A stretch of DNA of 64,000 nucleotides from Eledone cirrhosa (Eukaryota). The notes beneath the pieces were generated by a model. That model was not told the origin of the DNA and made no database searches. It was given only the letters and a program-made list of their open reading frames with translations. Shown piece by piece: positions 1-13,080 of this stretch. The stretch covers positions 196,416,001 through 196,480,000 of the forward strand of contig OZ024742.1 of NCBI GenBank assembly GCA_964016885.1. The letters are read 5' to 3'. Both the position numbers and the translations under genes were made by a program. Numbering within the stretch: the stretch's first letter is position 1; the number at the start of each line of letters is the position of its first letter.

Positions 1-1513
1 TACCTAGCTAAAAGTAAGCCACTCTACCTGGCATTCGTCGATCTCGAGAAAGCCTTTGACAGAGTTCCCCGTGCTATAATGTGGTGGGCTCTTAGAAAAC
101 TAGGAGTAGATGAATGGCCTGTGAAAGCTGTACAAGCCATGTATGGGGAGCAGTTAGCAAAGTTAGAGTTAGCAATGACTATAGCGAGGAATTTAGCGGC
201 TCTGTTCTTAGCCCTCTCCTGTTCATCATAGTCCTGCAGGCAATAACGGAGGAGTTTAAGACCGGATGCCCATGGGAACTCCTGTATGCTGATGACCTCG
301 CACTTATAGCTGAATCTATGGTAGAACTAGAGAAGAAATTCCAAACTTGGAAGCAGGGACTAGAAAGAAAGGGTCTCAAAGTCAACATGACAAAGACTAA
401 GGTCCTTGTAAGTAGATGAGAAAACAGAACCCAGATCCCCTCAGAGAAATGGCCTTGCTCAGTATGTAGAAAAGGTGTAGGTAGGAACTCCATTCTCTGC
501 CCCAAATGCAAACAATGGGTACACAAGAGATGTAGCGGGATCTCAGGAAGCTTAATTAAGAATGTAGGCTTCACATGCAGCAGCTGTGCTGGAACAGCAA
601 GCAGCAAATAGCCACAGGAAACAAGTACCACCAATCTCTAGGAGGGCTATGTAGAAACAGTAGACAGCTTCTGCTACCTAGGTGACCGAATTAGCAGCGG
701 AGGTGGGTGTTCAGAAATTACAATAACTAGGGTAAGAACGGGATGGAAGAAGTTCAGGGAACTACTGCCACTGCTAGCTGCAAAAGGCTTCTCCCTCAAA
801 ATGAAAGGCAGACTGTATGATTCGTGTATCCGAACAGCAATGTTACATGGTAGCGAGACCTGGGCACTGAAGGTGGAAGACTTACGTAGATTAGAAAGAA
901 ACGAAGCCTGCATGTTCCGATGGATGTGTAATAGTAATATACACGAATGACAAAGCATAAATGAATTGAGAGAGAGACTGAGCATAAGGGGAATCAAATG
1001 CTGTGTGCAAGAGAGGCGGTTGCGTTGGTATGGACATGTGATGCGTATGAAGGATGACAGCTGCATAAAAAGGTGCAGAGCACTAGAAGCCAATGGAAAC
1101 CGCGAAGTGGGGAGACCTAAGAAGACCTGGGATGAGGTGATAAAAGCCGACCTTACCAAATTACACCTCTGGCGTCACGCAGTAATACAGAGTACCTGAC
1201 CTCCCATGGGTACAAGCTGAAGCATATAGACAATATGCCTCCACACCCTCCCACTGCAAGGTGGTCGTGGAGGTGCCCCGGCAAAAAAGCACCCAGCCCA
1301 CACTGTAAAGTGGACATGTAGCGCCACGAAAAAAAGCATCCAGCACTCACTGTAAATGAGGTTGTGTTAGGAAGGGCATCAAGCCAAAATCAGTTCCTGT
1401 ATGAGCAAGGCGTGGTCAGCCGACCAGACACTGCCCACAACAGTACAACTCGTCTAACCCATGCTAGCATGGAAGAACAGACGTAAAACGGTGATGATGA
1501 TGATGATGATGAT
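1..1513 (+). mobile_element. RTE-clade LINE, 3' half (RT, C4HC3 finger, C-terminus, 3' UTR, (GAT)n tail), with stops and frameshifts
   Basis: Motifs YLAFVDLEKAFDRVPR, SVLSPLLF, LLYADDL, RRLRWYGHVMRM and GRPKKTW; ends in gatgatgat. Confidence 0.93.
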
Positions 1514-1789
1514 TGTTGGGTGAAAAGGAACAAAGAAGTTCCAGTGAAAAGAAGCTGAGAAGTGAAAATCTTGGGCAGAGGTGATGAGAGTTTATTTCAA
1601 ATCATTAAACCTCACAGAGATGCTGAAGGAACAAAAGTAGAGGCAGGCTGTGGAGAGGACCCATGCAGACATGGAAAAGTAGACATAAAATGATACTGAT
1701 GATGATGACTTAGGCAGTTAACTCATTAAAAATTTAATCATTCAGCTGTCATCTCTCCTGCCACTTCTTCACCCAACAATCCCCATCTG

Positions 1790-1985
1790 TGCACATCACA
1801 TCTATACAAGCAATCTCCTCTCTTGCATATATTATATTGAATTCTTCTTATATCTAGTTTTTTTTTCTCTCAACTCATATGTGCTTCGTTGTTCATGCAC
1901 ATTAACATAACACATCCAATGGAGCATGCTCAATTCATTTCATTCTAGCCTTTGCATATCCTCCACGTTCAGTGTCCATGTCATA
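1790..1985 (-). mobile_element. Old degenerate RTE fragment
   Basis: Reverse complement resembles the TWAL..EDMQRLE.NE.SMLHW region of the other RTE copies. Confidence 0.55.
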
Positions 1986-1987
1986 TC

Positions 1988-2085
1988 AAATGATATTGTA
2001 AGTCACCCTCCTAGTTGCCTCCTTATTTCCAATTCTTAAGATGATATAAGGAGGTAAGTAGGATGGGTGACTTATAATATCATTT
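1988..2085. repeat. Small imperfect inverted repeat (MITE-like), ~40-bp arms
   Basis: aaatgatattgtaagtcaccc..tccttat versus ataaggagg..gggtgacttataatatcattt. Confidence 0.7.
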
Positions 2086-4185
2086 TTAAGTCAAATTTGG
2101 CATTTAGACAAAGAGGGGCTGTTGATGATTACAACACCAAAATCCAAAATATCACTGCATTATCAGGCAGGCATTGTTATTTCTGTTTGTAGACTACATC
2201 ATGCAGCAAAACGAAAGTTGCTTTGCTATCAAAACTTTCACCAGCTTTCTAAACTCTTAGCAAAGTTCAAGTAGAATTCTTCAACTTAGCATTGGCTTCG
2301 TTCTTATATTCCACTGTTACTTAGAAACACTACAGAATAGTAAAGTAAAAAACAAAAATATTCCTAGATAAAAAGTGTGTGGGTGATTAACTGATATTTA
2401 ATCCTTTTGTTACCATTTCCAATAAAAGTCTGTCTATAATTTTGAAAATAATCAAAGATTTGGAAAAATTTAATAATATGACTGTCTTATCAAGTTGGTG
2501 TTTATATCGAAGATTCTGACAAAATTATGGTGGAAAGATTTTAGATAAATTCTCTCAGTTGGTAGTGCAGGCACCACAATAAACCACACCTAGTATATGC
2601 CATGAAGTGGTTGATATTAGGGAGGGCATCCAGCTGTAGAAACCAAGCAAAAAGAGGGAACAAATACACAAGATGTAGTCATCTGATCTGTCTGACCTCA
2701 GAACATGATCCATCTAACCCATGCAAAAATGGAAAATAATCATAAAACAGTGATGATGATGATAAACACTTTAAAATATACTCTTGGGTTTTGAATGTTC
2801 ATCACTGAAACTGATAGATGATTCAGCATGTGCACCTATATTATCTAATGTGCCCTTCTTTAGATATTCCAACCATAACCATCCTGTTGGGGAAAAGCTA
2901 TGTACAACTTTATTATATATTGTGTCCTTTTCTTTTCATGAAACGAAGCATCACCCATTTTTTGTCCTTTAAATTCTTTATTTATTTATTTATTCAATTT
3001 AAACGTCCGTATAGAGCTAGTAAGCCATGACAGACTAGAGGAAGTATCAAGTGCTCCTTACAGTTGGTAATCAAAAAGAGCTAATGAGTCAAGAAATAAA
3101 AAAAAATAAAAACTAAAACAAACATTTAAAAAAAAACAAAGAGAAAAAGGGAAGAAAAAATAAAATAACAAAAATTAAATTTCAAATATTGAAGGCCAAT
3201 GGGAGAAACTTAATATTCAGTAATGATTTAGCAAAGAATATCTAAAAACAGGTTTGCTAATTCAAATGTTTATAGTATCTTTATTAGTGGAGAAATTGTT
3301 TTGTAAATTTATTGTGATATGGTGATTTGTACTTTTTAAAAATGTCTTTGCTAATATGGTTTCATGTCAATCATCAACAACTCTATATCAATAGAACCAT
3401 CACTCAATAACCATAGAACCACTTCCTAGTTTAGTATAGACTGCTACTACTACTAAAAGAATATGGAAAAATCAAAAGGTTAAAGAAAGAGGTTAGAAGC
3501 CACAGCGCACTTACATGTAACTACACAATAATAGTAATAATTGTTTCTACTTTTGGCACAAGGCCAGCAATTATCCCAGTGCATTACTGGTACTAGTAAT
3601 AATAATAATAATAAATTATTATTATTACTATTAAATAAATAAATAAATAAATAAACCATTATTATTATTATTCCGTGACCAGTTCAATAATATTAACACA
3701 GGAGAAAGAAAATATTGGTAAAATGTCAACAGCAATTTGTTGTGATTGATCTAACATGCATGTCTTTGAGACTGAGTGAGATAGAGAGTGAGAGAGGCAG
3801 ACAAACAGAGATATAGATAAATAGGTAGAGAGAGAGATATATTGGTAGATATACATAGAGAGGTGAGGAGAGAAATAAATATAGACAAAGCTATAGATGA
3901 ACTGTTGATGTGTGTATATAAGATATACACACACATTATATATATATGAGAGAGGAGGGGTGGGGGAAATAAAATTCTGTCCAAATCTGATTATTTAATC
4001 TTTATTCTCAAGCAATTTATAATAAACATTTAATGTATTAACTTGTAACACCAGATACACACACACACAATATGTATGCACACACACACGTGTGTGTGTG
4101 CATACATATTGTGTGTGCGCGTGTGCGTGTGCGTGCGTGCGTGCGTGCGTTTTTCTTTTTTTTTTGAAACAGCGAGCAAGTTTGA

Positions 4186-4365
4186 AATTAGAAACAGAAG
4201 CTTTCGCCATATTTTTTTTTTTTACTAAAGAAATTTTAGCCTGATAGTGGGGTTAAGAACCCTCTAAGGAATGGAAAAAGAGGATTATTGACGTACATGT
4301 ACGTCAATAATCATCTTTTTCCATTTCTTAGTAAAAAAAATATGGCGAAAGCTTCTATTTCTAAT
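4186..4365. repeat. Nested palindrome, probably Penelope-derived
   Basis: Outer arms attagaaacagaagctttcgccatat / atatggcgaaagcttctatttctaat; inner arms centred on gacgtacatgtacgtc; followed by (TA)n. Confidence 0.75.
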
Positions 4366-4382
4366 ATATATGTATATGTGTG

Positions 4383-4482
<100 letters not shown>

Positions 4483-5117
4483 CCATTGGATGTGTAATAG
4501 TAATATACGTGAACGGCAAAGCATAAATAAACTAAGTGAGAAATTAGGAATAAGAGGGATCAGATGCTGTTTACTCGAGAGAAGACTACGTTGGTATGGC
4601 CACGTGATGCGCTGAAAAACCTGGGAGGATTTGATAAATTCCGACCTTACACACTTACACCTCTCCAAGACAATGTCACTGGACTGAGATCTTTGGCACT
4701 ACGCAGTAATACAGAAGACCTGCCTTGCCTAAGTACAAAGCGAAACCTACAGTCAGTAGGCACCTCCTAACCAAAAATACACCCCCATCCCACTACCCCT
4801 ATCTACACCACCCCTTTCTCTGTAAATTTATGTTGGAGCCACAACATCCAGTCCTAAACTAATGAGGTCGTGTAGGTGTCACAACAAAAAAACACAGTCC
4901 AGGCTGTAATGTGGCCGTGTAGGTAACACGGTAAAAACCTCCCAGTCCACACTGTAAATGTGGTTGGTGTTAGGAAGGGCATCCAGCCGTAGAAAACCTG
5001 CCAGACAGTCCTATACGAGCAATACAACCAATCTTGCCTCACGTGGGACAATTCCCGTCTAAACCCATGCTAGCGTGGAAGATAGACGATAAACAATGAT
5101 GATGATGATGATGATGA

Positions 5118-5120
<3 letters not shown>
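4483..5120 (+). mobile_element. 5'-truncated RTE LINE with an internal deletion, inserted in (TA)n
   Basis: WMCNSNIRERQS...RLRWYGHVMR jumps directly to the KTW region at ~4612. Same 3' UTR as 20190-21505, (GAT)n tail, TA tracts on both sides. Confidence 0.9.
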
Positions 5121-5184
<64 letters not shown>

Positions 5185-5185
<1 letters not shown>

Positions 5186-5605
5186 GGTTTCTTCTCTCTA
5201 TAAATGAAAAGCCACCTGTCTGATGCCTGTGTGTGAAGTTCGATGTTACATGGAAGTGAAACATGGGCATTAAATACAGAGAGAATATACAGAGGCTGGA
5301 GAGAAATGGAGCCAGCATGCTTCGATGGATGTATGATGTTAATATTCATAAATAGTAAAGCTGGGATGGGCTGAGAGAACAAATGGGTATAAGAGAAATG
5401 TGTGGTCATGTGGTGTGTATGGATGATGATCATTGGATGAAAAATTCCAAAAGTATAGGAAGACCAAGGAAGACTTGCGGGAGAAGCAGTGAGAACAGAT
5501 CTCACAGAGATGACAAAGAAATGTTGTAAGGGGTGGGAAGCTGTGCTAAGAAGGATCAGTCCAACCCATGTATGCATGGAAAAGAAGACACAAAATGCTG
5601 ATGAT
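5185..5605 (+). mobile_element. Older degenerate RTE 3' fragment
   Basis: Resembles the LYDAC..MLHGSETW..ASMLRWM and GRPRKT regions; ends aacccatg..catggaaaag..tgatga. Confidence 0.7.
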
Positions 5606-6357
5606 ATATATCATAGAGAGAAAGAAAGAGAGAATGTTCCAAGTTAAGATTAGTAAAACTATTATTCAACTTACTACTTCATAATTAAGGAGAGTAGAGA
5701 AGGAGAAGGTGAAAAAAGAAAGCGAAGAAGAAAGCAAAGAAATCTTTTCCTGTTAATCTGATCTTCAATGTGTGAAACATTATCATCATCACCACCACAT
5801 TATTTTACAACCACTTTCCATGCTATCAAAGAAGGTGGACAAGTTGTCATGGTTTCAGGTTAGACAGGCTGGAAAACCATGTCTTATTCATTCCATCATT
5901 CCATTTGCATATAAATCTATTTGTTGTTTTTACATACAGTATTGGCTGGTGAATTGGACGCACTTTTTAGAAAAAAAAAAAAAAAAAGACACTCCTCCCT
6001 GCATCCAATATGCCCATATCACCGATGGGAGGTTGAACAATCATGGTTTAAAATATTTAGTTTGTATTACTATCAGTAAGTAATACAATACAATTTATTT
6101 AAGTAGGTAAAAAAAAAATGAAATAATTTTGAATAAATTTATGAAGAAATGTACTAAAATTCTTTTTTCTTCTTCTCAAAATATCCTTGTAAAACCAAAG
6201 GGCACCAAATTGACCAGGAAATACGGTATTTTAATCCATCTTTCTTTTTTTATCAATAATTAACCAATCATTATTTTTGGGGGGAGGCACACCATTTCCT
6301 GTCAGAGATGATTAAAATGGTTAGCATTAGGAAAGGCATCCAAGCTAGAGGGGACGT

Positions 6358-6491
6358 TTTTCATGTAGAAATATGATTTGTACAAGACTAGGACTGTTTC
6401 ATTAATTTTGCAATCATCAGGAAAAAGGACTTTCTTGGTGATTTTAAATGAATGAAACTTCTAGTCATGTAGAAGTCCTTTCTATATGAAA
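6358..6491. repeat. Imperfect palindrome with a hammerhead-like core
   Basis: Arms tttcatgtagaaa...aatcatcaggaaa / tttcttggtgatt...tttctatatgaaa. Minus strand 6392-6421 reads CTGATGA-ttgcaaaattaat-GAAAC-AGTC. Confidence 0.6.
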
Positions 6492-6989
6492 TAATTCATG
6501 CACGTTTTCTTCTTAAAATATTCGGTACCATATTTAGCTTTTGTATCCTTCCATATCCTCCCTTTACATATTTGTAAAATTAAAAAACAGCTTTTCTTTC
6601 AAACATGTTATATTGATTTCTAATTTAGGCACAAGGCCAAAACATGTTATATTAAAACCATGACTGTACTCATGTTTAACTTGTTTTATTAAGAATTTTT
6701 TTCATATTTCCTTATTAGTTCTAATGCTTGATTTGCAACAATAGCATTTGTAAATCCATTTGAATATTAATGTTTCAAGACCTTCACAACCTCTTCAGAA
6801 TAAGTATGGTAATATTAGTGGTTTATTATTGAAATATTTTGCACTGGTTGCAAATGATCATGGGTAAGTGCTAGTATATTTTTTTCTCACTTTACCTACT
6901 TGCCATACACCTATAACACCACATTTATCATCTTTCTTACTTCTGCCCTCATCCTATTGGGTAAAGAGAGCTCTCCAATTGAGTCAATG

Positions 6990-8720
6990 TCCAATGACCT
7001 CTCTAGTGCTGGTACCATGAAAAATGCATCCAGTATAGCCTGTAATGTGGTTGGTGATAGGAAAAGCATCCAGCAGTAGAAACCATGCCAAAAAGGATTG
7101 AGAGGACTCTTCAGTCAACCTTTCTAGTACTGGTGACATGATAAACACACCCAGTGCACTCTGTAAAGTTATTGGTGATAGGAAAGGCATCCAGCAATAG
7201 AAAACTTTCTAAACAAAGGGTGAAGATGACTCTTCAGTTGCGTGAAAGACATGACAATCTCCCTGATGCTAGTACCACTATAAAATGCACACTGTAGAGA
7301 ACGTATGTAAGCGAGACATGGGCCTTGGTATATTTAAGGGGTCAGTAGCTCCAAGTAAGTATTGACTTGGACTGTGTTGACCTGTCCAGCATTTGCTAGC
7401 AGGGAGAACAGATGTTAAGTAATGATGATCCCGATTATTAGAACAGGTACACTGCATGTCATTAAAAAAAAACAACTAAAAGGGTTGGTGTTAGGAAGAG
7501 CATCCAGCTATAATATACTGCCCCAACAGTCTTATCCAACCCATGCTAGCATGGAAAAAAGACAAAATAAATGATGGTGATGATGTTGAGGATAATGGAG
7601 ACAGCATTGATGGTGTTGGTGAAGATGGTGATGATAAGATTTAATTGAATCACCTGGAATTGAAACTTATTATTGTACAATAGAAAGTGCATCAATATAT
7701 TCTTGATCATAGACAGCCTATAATGCAACACAACTGCACTAATGCACACAACAGTCATCAATATATATATATATATATATAAACATACATCTATCTACAT
7801 ACATATGCATGTGTGTACATGTGTGCGTGTGTGTCTGTGTGTGTGTCTGTGTCTATATATATATATCCTACACCATCCTCCCCAACCCCATTTTCCAGTG
7901 ATATCTGGTAAGCTTCTACAGTTTAAAAAAAAAAAAAAAAAAAAATCAATCACTCACCATTAAATACAACTAAATAATCAATTGATAGGATTGATATACA
8001 GTAAAAAAAAAATTATAAAAAGCTTTCTGGCCATTTACTATTGAAGAGAACAAAGGATGGAAGAGGACAAAAGGGGGGAGAGGGATAGACAAGAAATTGT
8101 TGAAACAGCCTGCTTTGATATAGATACTAATATCTTATTTATTACCTAAGTTACCATGCATATCTGGTTTATAATAGGTAGAGCACCCAGCCAATACTGT
8201 AAAGTGATAGCATTGATGTCACAATAAAAAACACCCAGTTCCTCCTGCAAGGAGTTAGTGCTGGTGTCATGACAAAAAAACACTCAGTCCACCCTGTAAC
8301 AGAGTAGCACTGGTGCCATGATAAAAAAAAAACATCAAATCCACCCTGTAAGATGGTAGCACCGGTGCCATGATAAAAGAGACTTGGTCTACCCTGTAAG
8401 GTGGTAGTGTTAATGCAACAATAATAAACACTCAGTCCACCCTGCAATGATAAAACAACACCCAGTCCACCCTGAAAATTGGTAGTGCTAATGCAACAAT
8501 AAAAAAAAAACACCCACAAAAAACACCACTTAGTAAGGTGGTAGTGCTGATGCAACAATAAAATGCTCCCAATAATGTGGTTGGCATTAGGAAGGACATC
8601 CAGCCATAGAAACCATGCCAAAATAGAAAGTATGAACTAGACATGGTCACTTGTCTAGGCTAGCCTCAGTACATTACAACCTATTTAATCCAAGCAAGCA
8701 TTAAACAGTGATGATGACAT
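6990..8720 (+). mobile_element. Cluster of non-autonomous elements sharing the RTE 3' UTR, with tandem ~45-bp subunits at 8180-8570
   Basis: Repeated ggttgg..taggaagggcatccagc..tagaaacc and cacccagtccaccctgtaa motifs also seen in the RTE 3' UTRs; (GAT)n-type tails. Similar copies at ~2570-2765, 14930-15060 (-), 21545-21890 (-), 25115-25235 and 27470-27770. Confidence 0.7.
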
Positions 8721-8942
8721 AACTGTGTGTGTCATACAAGGTAACTAAAAGTATTGCTGTCGGGAAGGGCATCCAGCTGTAAAACATTGCCTCAAAAAGG
8801 CCCCCATGATGTGCATGAAGCTTAACATGGGGTCTATAAGATTCACTGTAGCAAGGAAAATAACATTAAAACACAGTGCTACCTACATGAGAGGTAACAC
8901 CATGTGTTTTTGACTATTATTATAAAAGCATATGAGGGGAGG

Positions 8943-9500
8943 TCAGAGAGTGACAGATAGGGAGCAGTGTGAGGATGGGGGGGGGACAAGAAGGGAGAGA
9001 GGGGAGGGTAAGAGACAGGGAGAGAGGGGGTGAGAGACGAAGAGAGAGAGGAAGAGACAGGGAGAGAAGGGGTGTAAGAGACAGGGAGAGAAGGGGTGTA
9101 AGAGACAGGGAGAGAGAGAGGATGAGAGACAGGGAGAGAGAGAGAGAGAAGGTGAGAGACAGGGAGAAGGTGAGAGACAGGGAGAGGATGAGAGACAGGG
9201 AGAGGGTGAAAGACAGGGAGAGAGAGAAGGGGTAAGAGAGAGAGGATGAGAAACAGAGAGAGAGGATGAGAAACAGAGAGAGAGGGTGAGAGACAGGGAG
9301 TAAGAGAGAGAGGTGAGAGACAGGGTGAGAGACAGGGAGTAAGAGAGAGAGGTGAGAGACAGGGAGAGAGAGAAGGGGTAAGAGAGAGAGGATGAGAAAC
9401 AGAGAGAGGGTGAGAGAGAAGGGGTAAGAGAGAGAGGATGAGAGAGAGAGAGAGACAGAAAGAGGGTTAGAGTGCAGGAGGTAGAGAGAAAGAGAAAGAG
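8943..9500. repeat. Polypurine (GA-rich) compound minisatellite
   Basis: Repeated gagagacagggagag / ggggtaagagag units. Confidence 0.9.
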
Positions 9501-9664
9501 ATGCTTTACAGCTATTTCTATCTCCAAAGTTGTTTGATGTCAGCTGAGTTTAGTGATGATGTTTGTGATGTATTGTTGTTGTTGGTCATAGACAAATATG
9601 GCCAGATAATAAAATCGGGTCATTTGAAATGTGAGTGTCCCAATGCAAATGACCATTATAATAA

Positions 9665-10601
9665 TTATTTCTAGTATAGGCACAAGACCAGTAATTTGGG
9701 GAAGGGGAAAGTCAATTAAATCAACCCCAGACTGGTACTTTATTTTATTGACTCTGTAAGGATGAATGACAAAGTTAAACTCGGCGGGATTTGAACTCGG
9801 ATAATAAAGGGCCGTAACTCAATGCTATAAAGCATGTTGTCCGACGCCCTACCGATACTGATGACCATTATAATAATAATAGATCACTATAAATAGTCGA
9901 AAAAAAAAAATAGTGATTGATTATCATTATAAAAGCATATTTATTATATAAAGTGTATTATAATTGTTTCTACTTTTGGCACAAGGCCAGCATATAACGT
10001 ATATTATAATAAAGCAGTAAATATTATAATAAAGCAGTATATGATCTGGTTCATTATGTTCTGAGTTCAAATCCCGCTGAGGTTAGCTTTGCCTTTCAGA
10101 GTCGATAAAATAAAGTACCAGTAGGGTCTATTTAATCAACTTTCCCCTCGCCCAAAATTGCTGGCCTTGTGCCTAAATCAGAACCCATTATCATAAAAGC
10201 GACATGTTAGCATAGTTTTTTAGAATGTTGAATAGAATGTTTTGTGGTATTCATTCCAGCTCTCTGCCGAGTTCAAATCCCACCAAGGTCAACTTTGCAT
10301 TATTCCAATAAAAACAGCATCTGTTCAGTACTGGGGCAGATTCTTCCTCTTATATCTCATTCTCACTTTCTTTCCTTTACTCCATAATTGTTTTTACGTT
10401 AGGCACAAGACCAGCAATTTGAAGAGGAGGGGGAAAGTCGATTAAATCGACTCCAGTACATTACTGGTACTTTATTTTATCGATCCCGTAAGGATGAAAG
10501 GCAAAGCTAACCTTGGCGGGATTTGAGCTCAGACCGTAAAGGGCCGCAACTCTCTGCCACGAAGCATGGTGTCCGACGTTCTACCGATTCTGCCAATCCA
10601 C
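9665..10601. mobile_element. Cluster of tRNA-derived SINEs: 9665-9860 (-), 10045-10340 (+, two partial copies), 10388-10601 (-)
   Basis: B-box gagttcaaatccc, body gtcaactttgcctttcatcc..gataaaataaagtaccag, 3' end ttgctggccttgtgcctaa. Confidence 0.85.
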
Positions 10602-11104
10602 TAGTAGGTACTTATAATTCCATCAGGAATTATAAGGGTACACACAAACACACACACACACATACATACATACATTGAGATGCACACACTTCCAATTTTC
10701 CCAATGCTTCTTAAACCAACCAGATGTTTAACACATCTAGCTACAGACTTAAAATCTTCTAAAAATACAGAATTAATGGCCAGCGATACTTTAGCATAAT
10801 GGTTAACTCACTCAGAGAGACGTGGAGTTTGATTCCACACAGAGACCTGTGCCCATATTTTACTCTCTGCAGGGGAATTTACCCAATTTTATCAACTATA
10901 CTTTAGTGACCAACTGTTATTGTGGTCATTTACGTTGGGATGGCTTCATTAACATTTTTCTCACTGTTAAGTCAACCGGCTGTTTGTCAATAATGATAAT
11001 GTTGTTTTCTAAGATGGAGAAGAGAGAAAATGTTTGAAACAAATAATATAAACAGCCACATCAAAGGTACTTAGACATTAGAAACAGTAGCAAAGAAACT
11101 ACTT

Positions 11105-11470
11105 GAGAGAGGTTGATGTAGTAGTAGCAGTGGTGGCGATGGTGGTGTTTGTGGTTGTATGGGTGGTGGTGATTGTAGGGATGGTAGGGGTGGTGGCGGT
11201 AGTAGTAGTAGTGGTAGTGGTGGTGGTGGTGGTGGTGGTGGTGGTAGTGGTGGTAATAGTAGTATTGGTGGAGGCAATAGTGGTGGTGGAAGTAGTGGTA
11301 GTAGTAGAAATAGTGGTAGTAGTTAGTAGTGGTGGTGGTGGTGGTGGTAGCAGTAGTGGCGGCGGCGGTGGTGGTAGTAGTAGTCTCGGCGGTGGTGGTG
11401 GTTGTAGTAGTAGTAGTAGCAGTAGTGGTGGTGGTAATAGTAGTAATAGTGGGGGGGGGGTTACTAGTGT
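11105..11470. repeat. (GGT/AGT)n compound microsatellite
   Basis: Directly visible. Confidence 0.9.
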
Positions 11471-11925
11471 GTAGTAGAGATAAATAGGGAGGAGGAGAGA
11501 GAGGGGAGAGAGAGAGGTTTGTTTATATGAATAGCTTTCTCTGACGCATTCTTTTGCCTAATGTGTAAGCACAGTTATCGTAAGGATGACAACTGTAAAC
11601 ACTTGAGCCAACATCACTCTCAATGGGGATGTGAAAGTATATGTACGAGTCTGTATGTATGTATATGACAGAGTATGAGTGCATGTGTGTTTGGATGTGT
11701 GAGTGTGTATGAGCGTGTGTGTGTGTGTGTGTAAGTGTGTGTGTGAGTGAGTGTATGAGTGTGTGTGAGTGTGTGTGATTGTGTACACAAGCATTTAGGT
11801 ATGTGTGAATGGGTGAGTGAATGTATAGTTCTGGTGAAAAAAGGGTATATATATATATATATACACATATACACAAATACACATATATACACACACATAT
11901 ATATATACATACACACACACACAAT

Positions 11926-11967
<42 letters not shown>

Positions 11968-12247
11968 CACCATCATTATCTATATATGGAGTTGAAGAAT
12001 GTAAGAGAAGTCACCACAAGCAACACCACTAATATCACCCCCACCCCCACAGCTGCTGCTACCACCACCTCTGTCGCCATCACCACCACCATCTAAAAGA
12101 ACAAGATGCAACAGTGAATTTACTACCTTAACTCAACTAACATTACCAAAAGGTGTAACATACCACAGGCTTACATAGAGTCGACTACATATGTATGTGT
12201 AGTGTATATAATGTGTGTGTGTGTGTGTGTGGCTGTTATGAAAATCC

Positions 12248-12705
12248 GTGGCTTAGTGGTTAAGAAGTTCAGCTTACAATCATAAGGTTTTTTACTATAG
12301 GCACAAGGCCAGCAATTTTGGGGAAGGGGGAAGCCGATTAAATCGACGACCACTGTGCATGACTGGTACTTTATTTTATCGACCCCATAAGCTAACCTCG
12401 GCAGGATTTGAACTCAGAACGTAAAGGGCCGTAACTTTAAGCCGCGAAGCATGGTGTCCGACGCTCTACCGATACTGCCAATATTCTTGGTTACATGTAT
12501 CATTGAGCAAGTCACTTTATTTCACATAACTCCATTCAGTCTACTCAGCTGGCAAAAGTGAGTTGTACCTGTAATTTAAAGGGCCAGCCTTGTCACACTG
12601 AATCTCCCTGGGAAGTCCATTAAAGGTACATGTATCTGTGGAATGCTCAGCCACTTACACGTTAATTTCATGAGCAGGCTGTTCTGTTGTTTGAACAGCT
12701 GAAGC
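12248..12705 (+). mobile_element. Second tRNA-headed SINE family, interrupted by a minus-strand SINE at ~12286-12481
   Basis: A-box gtggcttagtggttaag; the body resumes after the insert with cattgagcaagtcactttatttc. Confidence 0.7.
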
Positions 12706-12886
12706 ATATGACAAACATGTAGACCTGTTTGTCTGTGTACGTGTGTGAGTGTGGTGACATGCATATGTGTATGACCATGAATACCTATATATGTGCATCT
12801 CTGTATGGATGTGTATATATGTGTATTTGTAAGTGTGTCTATGTGCATTTGTAAGTGTATGAATGTCTTTATATGTGCGCAAGTAT

Positions 12887-12918
<32 letters not shown>

Positions 12919-13080
12919 GTATATGTGTGTATGTACGTACAAGTGTATATATGTAAGACGTGGCCCCAACCCATTTGAGAGGACAGTAACTAAGTAATGA
13001 CTAGGTCTGTGATGACCCTTCCAACTTATGCACGCAGACAAAAACTGACATTAAATAATGAGATATTACATATATATATA

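Noticed and set aside
4295-4335. Minus-strand TKKWKKM as a candidate GRK exon 2
   Set aside because: No FPHI motif, an early stop, and it lies inside a palindromic repeat.
12248-12290. tRNA genes at SINE heads (also 18870-18933)
   Set aside because: A/B boxes are present but there is no complete cloverleaf, and they continue into SINE bodies.
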